A stretch of 63,258 bases of DNA, the filler included, from an uncultured Methanosarcinales archaeon (GTDB lineage: Archaea; Nanobdellota; Nanobdellia; Woesearchaeales; DATDXC01): the NCBI GenBank assembly GCA_964510025.1. It is 6 parts of 6 records of this genome, joined end to end, with 100 filler letters (N's around TTAATTAATTAA, not from the genome) between each part and the next. Parts side by side here need not be neighbours in the genome. Positions count along the whole stretch, not along the records: positions 59,565 to 63,258 come from CAZDZV010000031.1; 5 more parts are not named here. One strand, 5' to 3'. How positions within the stretch are numbered: the first letter of the stretch is position 1; every line of letters starts with the position of its first letter. A program made the position numbers and the translations under genes. Below, piece after piece: positions 61,045 to 63,258 of the stretch. Below the pieces are notes generated by a model, which was given only the letters and a program-made list of their open reading frames with translations, was not told where the DNA came from and made no database searches.

Positions 61045-62027
61045 AAATTTTCGATAATCTCATCTTTGAAGGTTGCTATGCCGAGCTTTGCATCCGCTTC
61101 ATTAAATATAAAAAAAGCCTTGGGTATTGTTATACCCATCGTCAATGCCATTCAATAAAGTATTTGAATGATTATCTTGCCGTAAACGCAGATGATACAA
61201 AGGTTTTATCAAAAAAACTGGTAGAAGGATACATTGCAAGAAGGAAAGGAGAGGCAGTTGCCACACATCGGAAAAGAATATTTATCATACGACAGTTTGC
61301 TGTTTTTCTATCCAGCTTGGGATACGATGCCTATCAACCGCCGTTCGGAAGAATCAAAGCAGATAAAAACTTTGTGCCTTATATCTACACCAAGGAGGAA
61401 ATTTCCGCGATTGTTAAAGCTTCGGAACATCTTCAATACACTCCGGTTTCTCCCACATATCACCTTGTTTATCCAATGCTGTTGCGTTTGTTATTCGGAT
61501 GTGGACTTCGCATTTCGGAAGCCTTGCATCTGACTTTTCAGGATGTTGATCTGGATGAGGGAATTCTTACCATTAAGAGTTCAAAATTCAACAGCAGTCG
61601 CCTTGTTCCAATGTCCAGAAGCGTATGGGATTACAGTCTAAGATATTGTGCTAAAATGAATTTCAATTCAACTTATTCTGGATATTTTTTCCCGTCCAGA
61701 AAAGGGAGGCCATACAGAGTCGTTTCAGCATACGCTCAATTCCGTAACTTTCTGCAAATTGCCGGTATTCCCCATAGAGGGCGCGGCAATGGACCTCGTA
61801 TGCATGATGCCCGTCACACCTATGCGGTGAATGCGCTCGAACATATGGTAAGGCAGGGAATGGATATTTATTGTGCCCTTCCCATCCTTTCAACATATAT
61901 GGGACACAGAACCATAGAAAGTACGGAAAAATACGTCAGGCTTGTCCCTTCTGAATATAAAAATATCATTTCCGCCATGTCTCCATTATACAGCAACTTA
62001 TTCCCAGAGGTTTCCGACCATGAATAA
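61041..62027 (+). CDS. RIT tyrosine recombinase B
   Basis: PYIY, GLRISEAL, PRMHDARHTYAV, LSTYMGH, TEKY. Confidence 0.94.
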   Translation: MKIFDNLIFEGCYAELCIRFIKYKKSLGYCYTHRQCHSIKYLNDYLAVNADDTKVLSKKLVEGYIARRKGEAVATHRKRIFIIRQFAVFLSSLGYDAYQPPFGRIKADKNFVPYIYTKEEISAIVKASEHLQYTPVSPTYHLVYPMLLRLLFGCGLRISEALHLTFQDVDLDEGILTIKSSKFNSSRLVPMSRSVWDYSLRYCAKMNFNSTYSGYFFPSRKGRPYRVVSAYAQFRNFLQIAGIPHRGRGNGPRMHDARHTYAVNALEHMVRQGMDIYCALPILSTYMGHRTIESTEKYVRLVPSEYKNIISAMSPLYSNLFPEVSDHE

Positions 62028-63024
62028 ATATGATTTTCCTGAAATTCTGACAGCATTTTTTTCTAAATATCTACCCGGACAACGGGGGCTCAGTATTAAT
62101 ACAATAAAAGCCTACAGAGACACCTTCATTGTTCTATTTCGTTTCCTTGCCAAAAAGAAAATAAAACCAGAGAAACTGACATTCGATCTGTTTGATAAAA
62201 GAATGGTGGAATGTTTCATGGAATGGCTGGAAACGAAAAACGGAAGCAGCATATCCACAAGAAACCACCGTCTTGCCGCGATTCACTCCTTCATCAGGTA
62301 TGCCATGATGGAAAATCCGGAGATCATGCAGATTTGCCGGGACATTCTTTCCATACGTTCAAAAAAGACGGAATCAAAAGCTTTGGACTACCTCTCCATT
62401 GCTGAATTGCAAGGTGTGCTTGCCCAGCCGAACACAAAAACATGCCAAGGGAAAAGAGACCTGGCTCTGTTATCACTGTTGTATGATTCCGGTGCCAGAG
62501 TGCAGGAATTAGTCGACTTAATAGTGGCAGATATAAGAATGGATGAACCCGTAACTCTGAAATTGAAAGGGAAAGGCAAAAAAGAAAGAATAGTTCCTAT
62601 TATGCCTGACACTGCCAGAATAATATCCGTTTATATAAAACTATACAGTCTTAATGACTTGAGTAGTCCTTTGTTCATGAATAAAGCTGGAAAGAAACTG
62701 ACACGCTCAGGAGTTGAATACATAATCGAAAAATATGTTTGCATGGCGCGAAAAAAATTACCTTCTTTGAATTCTAAGAAGGTAACGCCTCATGTGCTTC
62801 GCCACAGCAAGGGAATGCATCTTACAGAGGCAAATGTTAACATCGTGTACATAAGAGATTTACTGGGTCATTCGTCTATTCAGATCACGGAACGATATAC
62901 AAGGGCAAATTCAGATATGAAGAGAAAAGCCCTGGAAAATGCCAGTACGAATATTCTTCCGAAATGTACTTATTCCAAAAGAAACGAACAGAAACTTTTA
63001 ACGTTTTTGGAGACTTTAATATGA
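62020..63024 (+). CDS. RIT tyrosine recombinase C
   Basis: TRNHRLAAI.SF, LYDSGARVQE, GKGKKER, TPHVLRHS, LLGHSS..TERY. Confidence 0.95.
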   Translation: MNKYDFPEILTAFFSKYLPGQRGLSINTIKAYRDTFIVLFRFLAKKKIKPEKLTFDLFDKRMVECFMEWLETKNGSSISTRNHRLAAIHSFIRYAMMENPEIMQICRDILSIRSKKTESKALDYLSIAELQGVLAQPNTKTCQGKRDLALLSLLYDSGARVQELVDLIVADIRMDEPVTLKLKGKGKKERIVPIMPDTARIISVYIKLYSLNDLSSPLFMNKAGKKLTRSGVEYIIEKYVCMARKKLPSLNSKKVTPHVLRHSKGMHLTEANVNIVYIRDLLGHSSIQITERYTRANSDMKRKALENASTNILPKCTYSKRNEQKLLTFLETLI

Positions 63025-63085
63025 CTATAATTATGCTGAGTTACTGTCGCAACAATTCTGCTGAAAACTGCGTTGATTACGTGTT

Positions 63086-63118
63086 ACTCAGCATAATAAT
63101 GTTCTCCGCATATGACGA
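63086..63118 (-). repeat. right terminal inverted repeat of the RIT element
   Basis: ACTCAGCATAATAATGTTCTCCGCATATGACGA. Confidence 0.95.
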
Positions 63119-63258
63119 ATCGCACTTTTCCACTGATCCTTATGTTACACGCGGCTGGCATAAGCGGGGCGAGCCTTTTTTCCCTCCCGACTCCCTCAAA
63201 AAGGGAAGGATGCACGATATTTGGGGCATACGCACCGGGGAGAGACGCATTTTACTGG
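63114..63258 (+). pseudogene. IS630-family transposase fragment interrupted by the RIT element
   Basis: DESHFSTDPYVTRGWHKRGEPF then, in a shifted frame, PTPSKREGCTIFGAY...FYW; typical start of an IS630 DDE domain. Confidence 0.7.

Larger units (their letters stand above)
59666..63118 (+). mobile_element. RIT (recombinase-in-trio) element
   Basis: Three overlapping tyrosine recombinase genes bounded by perfect 33-bp inverted repeats. Confidence 0.93.

Overview
The window is six assembled contigs joined by N-padded TTAATTAATTAA linkers (about 1-22236, 22337-40501, 40602-47285, 47386-53999, 54100-59464, 59565-63258). Contigs 1-5 look archaeal: TATA-box promoters, GGTGA/GGAGG ribosome-binding sites, a tRNA with bulge-helix-bulge introns, and RtcB plus archease. 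A DPANN/Woesearchaeota-like host is my inference. The standout locus is a minus-strand cluster (11003-19620) for tRNA-dependent cysteine synthesis (SepRS + SepCysS). It is packed with a CyuA/YhaM-type L-cysteine desulfidase, an alpha/beta hydrolase, a minimal SufC/SufB (SmsCB-type) Fe-S scaffold, a B12-binding radical SAM enzyme with a CX8CX2C motif and a HAD hydrolase. Three Lrp paralogs, a TrmB-like regulator and two metallopeptidases flank it. Also present: glyA, 5-formyl-THF cyclo-ligase, transketolase, a MoxR-DUF58-VWA operon, purD, a divergent purF pair (one copy lacks the catalytic Cys), tRNA-Ile(UAU) with two introns, tRNA-Glu(UUC), an AT-rich accessory region with a family of palindromic intergenic repeats, a serpin, uvsE, cysD/cysN(C)/cysC, an integrase-bearing element with a structured leader, and a complete three-recombinase RIT element apparently inserted in an IS630-like transposase. 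All family assignments come from motif recognition, not database searches.
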